Shown here: piece after piece, positions 35,584 to 46,046 of the stretch | Layout of the letters: every line of letters begins with the position of its first letter | Position numbering within the stretch: the first letter of the stretch is position 1 | Sequence record: PP496444.1 | Length of the DNA stretch: 64,000 nt | Direction: 5' to 3' (one strand) | The notes under the pieces: generated by a model | Database searches by the model: none | What the model was told of the DNA's origin: nothing | What the model saw: only the letters and a program-made list of their open reading frames with translations | Made by a program: the position numbers and the translations under genes

Positions 35584-36643
35584 AGAGACCAGTGTTGTAC
35601 ATGTGGGGGATTTGCATCTGAACAAGCTGGACCGCGTGTTCGGTGACAAGGCGTTGGACTATCAGTTCGCTGAGATCAGGAAGCCGCTCGACTACGCCGT
35701 GGAGAAGGGCATCAAGCATGTCATCTTCCTCGGTGACATTGCCGACAAGCCCCGCATGACAGAGGAAGCCTTGATCCGGTTGGTGCTCCTGCTTCGAGAG
35801 TACACCGACAAGGGACGCGTACTCCACCTGATCAAAGGGAATCACGATGTTGAGAACAAGGAACGTCACTCGCTGCGCGGGCTGGAAGACCTGTGCAAAG
35901 CGGGCATGCTTCCCAACGTTCACATCTACACTGACCCCGCGCTGGTATGGATCGACGGATGCCCGATCAACTTCGCCCCGTTCCCATCCACAAGCGCGCA
36001 GGCGGACGCTTTGAACATCGGCCACTTCGATACCCCCGGCACCATCCGGGATAACGGCCACGTGGCGCCTGGCGACTTGCCGCCCGCCCGCGACCAATGG
36101 GTGATTGGACACCTGCACACGCCGCAGGAAGGGAACCGCAGGCACTACGCGGGTACCTTGTACCAACTCAGCCGGGCCGAGCAACGAATCAAGAGCTTCA
36201 CCGTCAGTCGTCTCAAGTACGACACCAAAGCCAAGGTGGGTAGCCGACTGACCGTACGCCACCAGCGCGTACCTGTTACTCCCGAATTCCAGTTCGTCAA
36301 CGTCGAGGTGGTTCGCTTGCGTGACCTTGATCAAGTGACGGACAACCCGCTGCATCTACACACGGTGTGGGTGAAGTCCAAGGTGGAACTCCCGGCCACG
36401 TGGTTGCAGCAACACCCCAACGTGATCGATCTGATTCCGTACAGCAACAAGAAGCAGCTCAAGGAACTCCAGAGCACCGGCATTGAGAAAGTTGACCTCG
36501 AACTGGACAAGATGTTCGATCAGTACGTCACCGATAAGTTCTCCCTGACTCCCCAAGAGTTGAAATTCGCTCAGTACACGGTGAACAGGTACCATGGTCA
36601 GATTACAAAGAGTACCCTATCTGCTATTCCACCAGAAGGTTAA
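35573..36643 (+). CDS. Mre11/SbcD-like metallophosphoesterase nuclease subunit
   Basis: GDLH, LGDIAD, KGNHD, IGHF and IGHLH motifs; GTG start after GAGGG. Confidence 0.88.
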   Translation: MAVKETSVVHVGDLHLNKLDRVFGDKALDYQFAEIRKPLDYAVEKGIKHVIFLGDIADKPRMTEEALIRLVLLLREYTDKGRVLHLIKGNHDVENKERHSLRGLEDLCKAGMLPNVHIYTDPALVWIDGCPINFAPFPSTSAQADALNIGHFDTPGTIRDNGHVAPGDLPPARDQWVIGHLHTPQEGNRRHYAGTLYQLSRAEQRIKSFTVSRLKYDTKAKVGSRLTVRHQRVPVTPEFQFVNVEVVRLRDLDQVTDNPLHLHTVWVKSKVELPATWLQQHPNVIDLIPYSNKKQLKELQSTGIEKVDLELDKMFDQYVTDKFSLTPQELKFAQYTVNRYHGQITKSTLSAIPPEG

Positions 36644-36774
36644 AGCGTGCAAGGTGCAGCGCCCGGTGCCCATGGGCCGGGAATACATCAACAAGAAAGG
36701 TGTGGTCGTTGGACTGGCTGAATACCACCGCCATGACAGACCCGTCTACTACATACCAATTGAGGTGCAACTCG

Positions 36775-37755
36775 ATGACTGAATCATGGGACCAACGCCG
36801 GAGACGAATTATGGCCGAGATCAATGCGGAGGAATCTGCCAAAGATCCTGCGCGCAAAAAGGTAACCGTCACCCATACGAAGTGGGTGCCACCAGCAGGT
36901 ATGCTCCGGGGCAGTCTATCCAACTTCTCGGTAGCCCCGTTGCCGTTCAGCCCTCAGGCCAACATCCACAAGCTGATCCACATCTTGACCCACGCCAAGG
37001 AAGAGATCAAGCGGTCGGATCGGCTGGTCACCTTATTCCTGCCCGGTGAAAACACGACCCGGATGCTGGAGCGTGATGCTGCATTGGCCTGCCTGCGCAG
37101 CAACGAGGAAGGTTTCCCTTTCGTACGTGGTCTGGTGTACAGTACGACCGAGTTCAAGATCGATCTTGACGCGTTGGCTATGAGTGAGGCGAAAAGGGAC
37201 GAAGCCTACGACAAAGGTGTGATTACTCCCGTGTATCGTACAAGCCTAGGCGCCAAGGCGAGCTTGTCCGGGTATTCGATCTACTCCGATGAGGATGTGG
37301 TAACACCTTCGGTAGAAATGATCTACTGTATGGCGCGTTGCGTATCGGCGATGTTCCGCAAGATTGTGGCACCAGTCCTGACTGTAGATGTACGGACACT
37401 GATGGTGGCGGTTAACGCCTTCACGGATGAGTTCAACAGGCTCATAGCCCATCGGTACATGCACGGATGGTCAGCACGGTACGAGATAAAAGGTTACGAG
37501 ATTGTCATTCGGCTGGTGCATGAGAAGGCATTCAAGTCGTACACCCTCAATCTGGCGTTTGAACGGTCCGGCATCCTGCTTCATCTGGTCACGCCCAACG
37601 ATGTCCTGACGGTCAACACCTACCGGCTGTTGCTGGCGCTGCTCTATCCCGAAGTGGAGATGCCAGCAATCCTGCGCCGGAACCAGACCACAGCGGGCGT
37701 CATGCCCTACTACTCCAACATCTTGCCCAGCGCCGGTTTCGAGTTGGATCTGTAA
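36775..37755 (+). CDS. Hypothetical protein
   Basis: GAGG SD then ATG 36775; about 326 aa. Confidence 0.65.
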   Translation: MTESWDQRRRRIMAEINAEESAKDPARKKVTVTHTKWVPPAGMLRGSLSNFSVAPLPFSPQANIHKLIHILTHAKEEIKRSDRLVTLFLPGENTTRMLERDAALACLRSNEEGFPFVRGLVYSTTEFKIDLDALAMSEAKRDEAYDKGVITPVYRTSLGAKASLSGYSIYSDEDVVTPSVEMIYCMARCVSAMFRKIVAPVLTVDVRTLMVAVNAFTDEFNRLIAHRYMHGWSARYEIKGYEIVIRLVHEKAFKSYTLNLAFERSGILLHLVTPNDVLTVNTYRLLLALLYPEVEMPAILRRNQTTAGVMPYYSNILPSAGFELDL

Positions 37756-37801
37756 ATAACCAGCAGTACGCTTACACACCTACCGAATAAGGATCAGACA
37801 G

Positions 37802-39001
37802 ATGGCTCGCAGTAGCGAAGTAACCGAAATCAAGAAAGCAACAATCAAGGAGCGCCAGCTCGATCTCAAGTACCGCCCATGGCAGTGGTCTGACGTCGTT
37901 GGTCACGCACCCGTTCTTAACGAACTCAAGTCCATCGTTAAGAACTCCCACAAGGCACTGCCCGCATTGCTCGGGTTCTTCGGTGAGTCCGGTCGGGGCA
38001 AGACTACGCTGGCTCGCATGATGGCTACTTACCTGAACTGCGCGACGGATGACGCTTGCGGTGAGTGTGAGTCGTGCACCTTGATGCTGGACAACCGGCA
38101 CCCCGACTACAAAGAAATCAACATGGCCGAGATCGGTACTGATGAAGTGGGTGCCATCGTCAATCAGGCCAACTTCAAGCCTAGGTTCAAAACCCGCATC
38201 ATCTTCCTCGATGAAATCCACAAGATCAAGTCGCAGGCCGCAATGGACAAGCTGCTCAAGCCGATGGAAGAGCCACCGGTCAACACCATGTGGATTATCG
38301 CGACCAACCTGCCGGAGAAGATCCCGAACAACAAAGCAGTGATCGGTCGTGCACTATCCCTCTGGCTGAACGCCCCGACGCCGGAAGAAATCTCCAAGCG
38401 CTTGCTGGCGATTGCCAAGCTGGAGAAGGTGGAGTGGATCACCAGTGAGATGACCAACACGCTGGCGCAGAACTGCAACGCCCAGGTGCGTAACTCGGTC
38501 AAGTCGCTGGAGCGTCTGATCAATGCCGGTACGGAGTTCTTCTCCAATGACCGCAAGGCCAAGCGCACCGGGAAAATCGACAAGAAGTCGCTGGATGTCA
38601 TGCTCAGCAGCATCACGTCTGCGGGTGTTGGTGAGGATGCCGAAGTCAATCTGCTGGCTTCCGATCTGTTGATGGCGCTGTACACCAGTGATCCGGGCAA
38701 GGCCATGGTCGCCATCATGTCCTGCAAGGATCAGGTGAAGCTGGTCAACTCCATGATGTACCTGAACCAGTACGTGATGGCCGTGCAGTTCACGCAGCGC
38801 TGCCCCGGCATCTGGCACTCGGACACCAACAAGGCGTTCGCAGCACTGGTCAAGAAAGTCTGCAAGGCAATCCCGGCCAACGAGCTGGGCATGCTGCATA
38901 AGGCAATCATTGATCTGCGTATGGCAGTGGTCAGCGGCAACGTAGACGCCACCCAGCACATGATCGCCGGTTGCATGAACCTGATGCTTCCACCGGAGTA
39001 A
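37802..39001 (+). CDS. dnaX: Clamp-loader AAA+ subunit (DNA polymerase III gamma/tau-like)
   Basis: KYRP...DVVGH, Walker A GESGRGKTT, Zn site C...CGECESC, Walker B IFLDEIH, EEPP, R finger (IGR). Confidence 0.9.
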   Translation: MARSSEVTEIKKATIKERQLDLKYRPWQWSDVVGHAPVLNELKSIVKNSHKALPALLGFFGESGRGKTTLARMMATYLNCATDDACGECESCTLMLDNRHPDYKEINMAEIGTDEVGAIVNQANFKPRFKTRIIFLDEIHKIKSQAAMDKLLKPMEEPPVNTMWIIATNLPEKIPNNKAVIGRALSLWLNAPTPEEISKRLLAIAKLEKVEWITSEMTNTLAQNCNAQVRNSVKSLERLINAGTEFFSNDRKAKRTGKIDKKSLDVMLSSITSAGVGEDAEVNLLASDLLMALYTSDPGKAMVAIMSCKDQVKLVNSMMYLNQYVMAVQFTQRCPGIWHSDTNKAFAALVKKVCKAIPANELGMLHKAIIDLRMAVVSGNVDATQHMIAGCMNLMLPPE

Positions 39002-39007
39002 GCAGAC

Positions 39008-39508
39008 ATGATCGCCGCACTGCATGTGAGCAAAGACGGAACAACTGAGATCCCAAAGGATGACGATGACTTCGGTTTGGTAAATCTTCGGCATAATCAC
39101 CCGAAGACCAGCCGAAGTGTTGCGTTCACTATCTCACGGGATGTGAACTACTTCTGGGTGAACACCCTGTCCGCAAGGTATGATACTCCGTCGCTTATTC
39201 CTCGGCTGCGTGGATATCTGGACTGCCGGTTGAACGGCATGCAGACGTATCGCTGGTTATCGGGGTTCAAGATTCACGTCTTCGATAGCTATCGTGTCAA
39301 GCGGCATGGTCTTCTTCGTGCTGACATCGAGTTCACCTGTTCGGAAACGGGATTGACGGTCACCAAGGCTTTCTTCGCCAGCACCGGGCGGCTGTTGAAC
39401 TCTGTAGCGGCTCACGCAATCGCCAGAGGATACACCGTGATCGAATTCAGCCGGGACTATGAACTAGACCGGCACTTCGTTCACCTCAACTTGATCGGGG
39501 AACTGTAA
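39008..39508 (+). CDS. Hypothetical protein
   Basis: 166 aa in operon context. Confidence 0.6.
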   Translation: MIAALHVSKDGTTEIPKDDDDFGLVNLRHNHPKTSRSVAFTISRDVNYFWVNTLSARYDTPSLIPRLRGYLDCRLNGMQTYRWLSGFKIHVFDSYRVKRHGLLRADIEFTCSETGLTVTKAFFASTGRLLNSVAAHAIARGYTVIEFSRDYELDRHFVHLNLIGEL

Positions 39509-39978
39509 TGGCAGATGAATTGAAACGTGAGGTGGTGCCTGCGTACAAGTTCGACACGCTAGTTGCTCACTCTCAAGCGCAGGAAGAGATGATCGCCAAA
39601 CTGACGGCGCGTAACAACCACCTGGAGCTGTACGCCCGCAACGACGTGTGGCACTGGCAGAAGGACGGCGGCAACTTCCTCGAGAGCTTGACGTGTCCGG
39701 TCGTGATTGATCCTGCCGATATGCGAGCCTTCCTGCTTGATAATAATCACGCTACCCGCTTGAAGACCGTCGCGGATAAGTTCGAAGCGTTTCTGGAGGA
39801 AGAAAAGCTTTGTAAGGAGGGTCTTCAGAAGCGCCTGACCCGACTAGCAACTCTGGCCAATACGTTAGTGGAGTCAGACAAACCGTCGGCTCACCCGGAC
39901 TTCCCAGAGTTGCTGGACGCCATTGACGAGGCGATTCCCCGTAAACTGGTCCCTAAGAATCCACCAAAAGGAAGATAA
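39508..39978 (+). CDS. Hypothetical protein
   Basis: 156 aa, TAATG overlap. Confidence 0.65.
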   Translation: MADELKREVVPAYKFDTLVAHSQAQEEMIAKLTARNNHLELYARNDVWHWQKDGGNFLESLTCPVVIDPADMRAFLLDNNHATRLKTVADKFEAFLEEEKLCKEGLQKRLTRLATLANTLVESDKPSAHPDFPELLDAIDEAIPRKLVPKNPPKGR

Positions 39979-39979
39979 C

Positions 39980-40192
39980 ATGAGCGTAGAAAAGATCAAG
40001 CAGTACCTGGATGCTGCCAAGGAATCGAAAGAACAGCACCAGCGGAATCGGGCTGTGCCCACCTCGGGGAATGATCGTGTACAGCAGGCTATGCACTGGT
40101 GGAATGCCCAAACGCAGGCCGTGCGTCTTATCATCGGTTCGCACCTGAAACTGGATACGTCCACTGATGTGACCAACTTCTACTGGGGCTAA
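39980..40192 (+). CDS. Small hypothetical protein
   Basis: AGGA SD then ATG 39980. Confidence 0.6.
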   Translation: MSVEKIKQYLDAAKESKEQHQRNRAVPTSGNDRVQQAMHWWNAQTQAVRLIIGSHLKLDTSTDVTNFYWG

Positions 40193-40194
40193 CC

Positions 40195-40587
40195 GTGAGC
40201 CGGCCTTACTACGTCACCAAGTTTGAAGATGGTGAGCCCAAAGAGGTTCACGTGGTGCCTATGCCGTTGGCACCCGGCGATCTGGGATTCCGTAAGCAGA
40301 TCCACTTCTTCGATGAGTTCAAGCTAGCCAATGCGCCGGGGCGTCGTCCAGGTAGTACTCAGTGGTGGCGTCGGCAGATGGAGGATGACTTCCTATCTTC
40401 GGACCGGGATCGTCGGCGTAGTCAGGAGATCTGCAAAGCGGAAGTGACCGAACTCCCCACGATCACCCATGCTGGTCTGTATGAGTTCTTCCTGCATATC
40501 CAGTGGGACTACGGCTCGCGAGAGTTCAAGGGTGACCGACCTCAATCAACAGTGACCCTATCGGACTCTTGGGGTCGCAACTACTAA
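40195..40587 (+). CDS. Hypothetical protein
   Basis: 130 aa, GTG start. Confidence 0.55.
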   Translation: MSRPYYVTKFEDGEPKEVHVVPMPLAPGDLGFRKQIHFFDEFKLANAPGRRPGSTQWWRRQMEDDFLSSDRDRRRSQEICKAEVTELPTITHAGLYEFFLHIQWDYGSREFKGDRPQSTVTLSDSWGRNY

Positions 40588-40597
40588 AGGAAGATGT

Positions 40598-41077
40598 ATG
40601 TCCATCAAGATCGGGAACTTCGAGGTGAAGTCCAACCAATGGATGTGCCATCCGGAGACGTGCAATCACGACAGCCATCCCGCCTACAGGATCACCTACC
40701 GGGATAAGACGTATCGAAACGCTGACTCGGAGGAAGAGGCTCGGAAGCTCATAGAGTCTTATATCGCGGGGGGCGCTGAAGAGTTTTTGGACAATCTATA
40801 CCATAAAGGTGAAGCTGTCTACCCACATGACGAACTCAAGACGTATGTGGAGGGCTCGGTATCTCCGATGGAAGCCACTTACTTGAAACCGATTCCACTG
40901 TCCACCGAGGAACGGGAAGTGGTTAGTCTGCTGGCTACCGCGTGGAACAAGTTTCATGCGCTCCCGGAAGAACACCCCAACGACCGGCAGACTTTCTGCG
41001 ACCGGATCAATGAACTCCAGAACATGGTCATGTGCCGCCCCGTGCGCCGCATCCCGATAAAGAAGGAAGACGTATGA
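40598..41077 (+). CDS. Hypothetical protein
   Basis: 159 aa, AGGA SD. Confidence 0.6.
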   Translation: MSIKIGNFEVKSNQWMCHPETCNHDSHPAYRITYRDKTYRNADSEEEARKLIESYIAGGAEEFLDNLYHKGEAVYPHDELKTYVEGSVSPMEATYLKPIPLSTEEREVVSLLATAWNKFHALPEEHPNDRQTFCDRINELQNMVMCRPVRRIPIKKEDV

Positions 41078-41589
41078 AGATCAGCATCATTGCAGCAATG
41101 GGCAAGAACCGCGTCATAGGCAAGGACAACACCCTACCTTGGCATGTGCCAGCTGACCTGAAACGCTTCAAGGACCTGACCATGGGCAAGCCGGTGGTCA
41201 TGGGGCGCAACACCTGGGATTCCCTGCCGGACAAGGTACGCCCGCTGCCCGGTCGTCTCAACATCATCCTGTCCAACACCCTACCGGCGGGCACAGACAT
41301 CCACGGCACGGTGGTGTGCACTACCGTCTCCAGTGTGATTAACCACCTTAATGAACTGGAGTCAAAGCCGGAAGATGTGTTCATTATCGGTGGGGCCAAG
41401 CTGTACGCCTTAATGCTGGAATATGATCTGGTGGACAAGATGTACCTGACGTTCGTGGATCAGGAAGTGCCGGACGGCGACGCCTTCTTCCCCGAGTTCA
41501 ACCGGATGGACTGGAACGTTACGTCCTCCGATCTGGACTACTCCGACCGCACCCTGTTCAAGGTGTTCGAGCGCCGGGGTGAGCGATGA
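41074..41589 (+). CDS. folA: Dihydrofolate reductase
   Basis: IIAAMGKNRVIGKDNTLPWHVPADLKRFK, VVMGRNTWDS, RPLPGR.NI, IIGGA.LY, GDAFFP. Confidence 0.95.
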   Translation: MKISIIAAMGKNRVIGKDNTLPWHVPADLKRFKDLTMGKPVVMGRNTWDSLPDKVRPLPGRLNIILSNTLPAGTDIHGTVVCTTVSSVINHLNELESKPEDVFIIGGAKLYALMLEYDLVDKMYLTFVDQEVPDGDAFFPEFNRMDWNVTSSDLDYSDRTLFKVFERRGER

Positions 41590-41900
41590 ACCGGGAGACC
41601 ATTGATCGAGTGCTGGTTAAGACTTCTATGTTCCAGCACGCTCAAGAGATGGATCGGTTGGACGCCATCATCGAGCACAACGATCTGAAGTTCCTGTTCA
41701 ACTTCAAGACCAAGGAACTCAAGGTTGTCAATGCGGACGAACTGGGCTACATCTTCGCCAGCCGTAAGCATTCATGGCTCGTCTTGCACAGCTTCCCGGA
41801 ATATCTGCGGCTGTTTCGGGAGCACTACAAGTTCGAGACGCTCTGGATGGTGATCAAGCCTATCCTTGACCGCTACCCACCACCGCCACCTAAGAGTTAA
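41586..41900 (+). CDS. Hypothetical protein
   Basis: 104 aa, ATGA overlap. Confidence 0.6.
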   Translation: MNRETIDRVLVKTSMFQHAQEMDRLDAIIEHNDLKFLFNFKTKELKVVNADELGYIFASRKHSWLVLHSFPEYLRLFREHYKFETLWMVIKPILDRYPPPPPKS

Positions 41901-41904
41901 TCTC

Positions 41905-42468
41905 ATGATCAACGACTGGATAATCACCCATTCTGGCAAGCGCTTCGAGTTGGCCGACCCCAAGCCAGAGATGGTTTGCCTCAAAGACATTGCCATCGCG
42001 CTGTCCCGACAGACGCGCTTCAACGGGCACTGCAATATGTTCTACTCGGTGGCATATCATTCCTACCTGATTGCCCAACAGTTGCCGGACTATCTCAGAC
42101 TGGAAGGCTTGTTGCATGATGCGGCAGAGGCCTACATCGGTGACATCAGTAGTCCTCTCAAGAAGATCATCAAGGCGCACTGGCCGGGATTCAAGGCATT
42201 CGAGACCCGTATCGAGGAAGTCATCTTTGAAGCGCTGGGGGTTCCTCTGACCAATGATCCGCTGATCAAGGAAGCAGATCTACGGATACTGGCGAACGAG
42301 CATGATCTCCTGATGCCGCAGACGGAACACGAATGGTCGATGTTGAAGGGTGTCTTACCCTTCGATGGGATCTACTTCGACGACCCATGTGACACACCTG
42401 GTCATATGGAAGAAATGGCCCGGAAGTTTATGAGTGCCTTTCACGTGTACAAAGGGAACTGGGGATAA
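41905..42468 (+). CDS. HD-domain 5'-deoxynucleotidase (YfdR/YfbR-like)
   Basis: I.T.SGK.F, DIA.ALS...RFNGH, YSVA.HS, LLHDAAEAY.GD...PLK. Confidence 0.88.
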   Translation: MINDWIITHSGKRFELADPKPEMVCLKDIAIALSRQTRFNGHCNMFYSVAYHSYLIAQQLPDYLRLEGLLHDAAEAYIGDISSPLKKIIKAHWPGFKAFETRIEEVIFEALGVPLTNDPLIKEADLRILANEHDLLMPQTEHEWSMLKGVLPFDGIYFDDPCDTPGHMEEMARKFMSAFHVYKGNWG

Positions 42469-42656
42469 TGGCCAAGATCATAATCTCGGTAGTCGGGGTG
42501 CTGGTCGTATGCCTTATCCTGTACCTTGTTCACGTAAAGGTTGACTTCGACACTAATAGGGGTCAGGTGGCTAGCTTGTTCTTTATGATAGCCATCGTCA
42601 TGGCCGGTATCTCCACGCTGAAGGCACTGGAACTGGTTGACGAAATGCGCCGGTAA
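42468..42656 (+). CDS. Small membrane protein (2 TM)
   Basis: 62 aa, hydrophobic, TAATG overlap. Confidence 0.6.
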   Translation: MAKIIISVVGVLVVCLILYLVHVKVDFDTNRGQVASLFFMIAIVMAGISTLKALELVDEMRR

Positions 42657-42690
42657 ATAAGCCGTATATGATTCATCTTAGGATAGTGCC

Positions 42691-45156
42691 GTGAACACTC
42701 TTCATTCGCTCGAACTCAACAACGTGATCTACATCGAGGAAGCCACCCTAGATCTGGATTACGAAGGTATCACTTGGATCACCGGTAAGAACCTGAACGC
42801 CAAGCTCAAAGGCCGGAACAACGGTGCGGGCAAGTCCCTGCTCGTATCTCCGCTGGCCCAGCTCATGGCTAATAGCCTGCCGACGCAGGAAAAGGGTCAG
42901 CGCTCATCCAAGAACGCCTTCTACCAAAACGGCACTTCGACCGTCCTGACTCAGACTGTCAAGGGCATTACCTACCGCTCCACGAAATCCATGGCCAAGA
43001 ACAAGGTGTCGTGGAACGTGGCGCAGAAGAACGGCGCCGGTAAGTTCGTAGATATGGAGTTCGCAACCCCAAGCAAGGCGGAAGCTTTTGCGTTGGGGCT
43101 CTGTGCGTTGTCCAATGAAGAAGTGTTCAGCACTGTATACCTGGATAGTCGTAAGCCCTTCGTGATGGTCACCGGCACGCCGAGCGAGCGCTTCAACTAC
43201 ATCTCCAACTTGTTCCGGCTGGAAGATTATGACCGTGTTCGCCAGATGGCACTGGACGACTTGGCCGCAGTCAACAAGCAGGAGGTCGAGCTTACTGCCC
43301 TGCGGGAGACGTACGAAGGCACCGTCGTCAACCCCGCTGACCTGCGCAAGTGGAAGAAGCTGCACACCCGTAAGCTGGAAGAAGCAGCAGCGTCCCGTAC
43401 CGAAGCCAACACCCTGCGCACCCATGTGGAAGCGATCAAGGTGTACCTCAAGTACAAGGACGACATCGAACTTCTCGACGTTGACCTGAAAGCGTTGAAG
43501 CGCCAGTGGGCCAGCCACACGAAGCAGAAGCGTGCGTACGAAGACTACCAGTCCGTCATGGCCGACGGCAAGACCGCCAAGCGTGCACTGGCAAAGCTGG
43601 AGCGCAAGGAAGGTGAGTTCCTCATTCGCCTGAAAGAAATGTGCAACCGAGTGTCCGTACCGTTCTCGCTGAAAGATGATCCGCAGGAAGTGATGAGTGC
43701 GCTGGTCAAGGTGTTGGATACGGCGCACAACCTGACGTGTGATCAGGAGGAACTGGTTGAGAAGCTGGACGGCGAACGACTGGACCTGGAAGAAAGCTAC
43801 ATCAAGGTTCAGGACGCCGACAAGGCTCTGCGCATCGCCAAGCGTAAGCTGAAAGGCAAGCTCACCCAACGCGAGGTGTATGGCGAGCAACGGGTGACAG
43901 AACATCGCATCGTGGAGCTGCGCAAGCATCTCGACGCCCATAACGATGGCAAGTGCACCACCTGCGGTCACTCGTACCCGGCCCGTAAAGCCAAGAAGGA
44001 CCTGCTGGTACTGGAGGATCGACTGGCCGAACTGGATCTGCTGGCACGTCAGCATGACAAGTACGAGAAGGCAAGCAAGGAACGCGACAAGCTGTATGAA
44101 GGCACAGCCAAGCAGTTAGACTCTGAGCTGGACACACTGGTCGAGAAACTGGTGATCGCTCAGAGCGTGCTGAACAAGATGCGGGATGAGCTGGCGGCGT
44201 CCGGCTGGGAATCCTTTGCGGTTGCGGCAGATACCGTCAACTCCGAATGGCAGGACGACTGGGAAGATATTGCCAAGGACAAGCCTGCGCTGACCAAACA
44301 GGCACGTGCTGCCCGTAAAGCGACCAAGGTGGAAAAGCCATCCACGGATCGCAAGCTGAAAGACAAACTGATCCGAGCCGAAAAGGTACAGGACCACGCC
44401 GACCTTATTCGTTCGGGCGCGTCAATCGCCCAAGAGTACGAAGTGTCCGGCAAACCAATCTCCAGTATCCTGCGTAGCCTTGAGCGCGGAATCAAACTGG
44501 CCGAGAACAAAGTCGCCAGTGCCAGCGTCAACGCGGGTAAATACGAAACGAAAGTGATGGAAGGTCAACGCACCATCCGTCAGCTCGCCAAGGTCAAGCA
44601 CCGCATCCGTGAACTCCGTGAGAACGTGAAGTTCAAGCGCAGCTATGAAGCGGTGGCAGACGCCTATGGCAAGAATGGGGTGAAGATGTCCCACGTGGAT
44701 ATCCTCTGCCAACGTATCAGCGCCAACCTGAACAAGTACTCCCATCTGTTGTTCCCGGAGAAATTCGAGTTCCAGATTGTGGTCGCTCCGAACACCTTTG
44801 ACGTACTGGTCAAGCGCCCTACAGGTGAGGGACCGGCCAAGGTGTCGGATGCACTGCACTTATCCGGGTCGGAAGGTCGTTCGTTCCAGCTGCTATGGCT
44901 GATCTCCGTGTTGCCGTTCCTGCCCGCCGAGCGTAGGTACAACGTAGCCATCCTCGACGAGATGGAAGCGACCATGGATGAACCAAGCCGAGAGCTGATG
45001 ATCCGTGACTTCCTGCCGGTACTGAACAAGATCATTCCGCACATCGTCTTCATCAGCCCCAACTCTGACAATACGCCGGGTCACAACTACCGTCATCTGG
45101 AAGTGGTCAAGAAGGGTAAAACTTCCACCGTACACCTTATCAACGAGGTAGCCTGA
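42691..45156 (+). CDS. Rad50/SbcC-like ABC-ATPase
   Basis: Walker A NGAGKS, long coiled coil with Zn hook CTTC, signature LSGSE, Walker B ILDE, H-loop FISP. Confidence 0.9.
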   Translation: MNTLHSLELNNVIYIEEATLDLDYEGITWITGKNLNAKLKGRNNGAGKSLLVSPLAQLMANSLPTQEKGQRSSKNAFYQNGTSTVLTQTVKGITYRSTKSMAKNKVSWNVAQKNGAGKFVDMEFATPSKAEAFALGLCALSNEEVFSTVYLDSRKPFVMVTGTPSERFNYISNLFRLEDYDRVRQMALDDLAAVNKQEVELTALRETYEGTVVNPADLRKWKKLHTRKLEEAAASRTEANTLRTHVEAIKVYLKYKDDIELLDVDLKALKRQWASHTKQKRAYEDYQSVMADGKTAKRALAKLERKEGEFLIRLKEMCNRVSVPFSLKDDPQEVMSALVKVLDTAHNLTCDQEELVEKLDGERLDLEESYIKVQDADKALRIAKRKLKGKLTQREVYGEQRVTEHRIVELRKHLDAHNDGKCTTCGHSYPARKAKKDLLVLEDRLAELDLLARQHDKYEKASKERDKLYEGTAKQLDSELDTLVEKLVIAQSVLNKMRDELAASGWESFAVAADTVNSEWQDDWEDIAKDKPALTKQARAARKATKVEKPSTDRKLKDKLIRAEKVQDHADLIRSGASIAQEYEVSGKPISSILRSLERGIKLAENKVASASVNAGKYETKVMEGQRTIRQLAKVKHRIRELRENVKFKRSYEAVADAYGKNGVKMSHVDILCQRISANLNKYSHLLFPEKFEFQIVVAPNTFDVLVKRPTGEGPAKVSDALHLSGSEGRSFQLLWLISVLPFLPAERRYNVAILDEMEATMDEPSRELMIRDFLPVLNKIIPHIVFISPNSDNTPGHNYRHLEVVKKGKTSTVHLINEVA

Positions 45157-45157
45157 T

Positions 45158-45454
45158 ATGGCCCACCCCAAAGCAAGAAAGCTAGACCCGTCTCTGGTAG
45201 ACGATCTGGCTAATCACCTCATCGCATTTTCACGGGAGCATAAGAACCCGGTGCGACTGGTAGGTAACCTGCACGGTCGCAACTTCGTGTGGACACCGGG
45301 CGGCACCCTGCTCTGGTTGCGTACACCCGGCGCTACTCACCCTCGTTCAGAGGACAAGCTGATCGTGGACGGGGATACTCTCAACGGCTGGATGCGTATG
45401 CGGGTCTGCAAGGACGGGCATGCCACCGTGGATCAGGAGTCTAGTCATGGCTAG
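45158..45454 (+). CDS. Hypothetical protein
   Basis: 98 aa, coupled to previous gene. Confidence 0.6.
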   Translation: MAHPKARKLDPSLVDDLANHLIAFSREHKNPVRLVGNLHGRNFVWTPGGTLLWLRTPGATHPRSEDKLIVDGDTLNGWMRMRVCKDGHATVDQESSHG

Positions 45455-45623
45455 ACATCGTGGCCGTGTAAAACCTGAACCCCGCCGTCCCGCGTCTACC
45501 AAGATGAGTGAACTGCTCACCTTGAGCTACGCACGCCCGAGCAGCATCGCCCTCATCTGCCGCTTCCGTGAGATCTTCGGCATGAACTACACGGAGGTCA
45601 AAAATGACCAGCGTAAACGTTGA
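45447..45623 (+). CDS. Small hypothetical protein
   Basis: AGGAG SD then ATG 45447. Confidence 0.5.
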   Translation: MARHRGRVKPEPRRPASTKMSELLTLSYARPSSIALICRFREIFGMNYTEVKNDQRKR

Positions 45624-46044
45624 AGGGCCTGACAGCTGCGGTGTCCTGATCCTCGATCTGCGTAGCCCGGACTTCGACAAGTTCATGGCCTGCGGTTTAC
45701 GGTTCCTGCGGGATGCCCGTCAGATCACGTTCCATACCGAAGAGATGTGGAACCACTTTCACGCGGTTGTCGGCAGACAGTTGATGCCATGGATCTTTCA
45801 GGATGAACGCTTGATGGCGGACATCCAGACTATGGTTACGGGTAAGGTGGTTGCTGTCGGCGCCGATCCGCATTCCTTTCTGGAAATCCGTGAGATCCCC
45901 GGTATGCAACCGGAGCACATGCGCGTCATGTACTCTGAAAAGAAGGCCCGTGTGTTCAATAGCCGCATCGCCGCGCTGAAAGAGTGTGGGACCATCCGGG
46001 ATGACTGGTGGGATGAGGTTATCGTTGGCTGGAAGGAGGCCTGA
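45604..46044 (+). CDS. Hypothetical protein
   Basis: GGAGG SD, 146 aa. Confidence 0.65.
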   Translation: MTSVNVEGPDSCGVLILDLRSPDFDKFMACGLRFLRDARQITFHTEEMWNHFHAVVGRQLMPWIFQDERLMADIQTMVTGKVVAVGADPHSFLEIREIPGMQPEHMRVMYSEKKARVFNSRIAALKECGTIRDDWWDEVIVGWKEA

Positions 46045-46046
46045 TC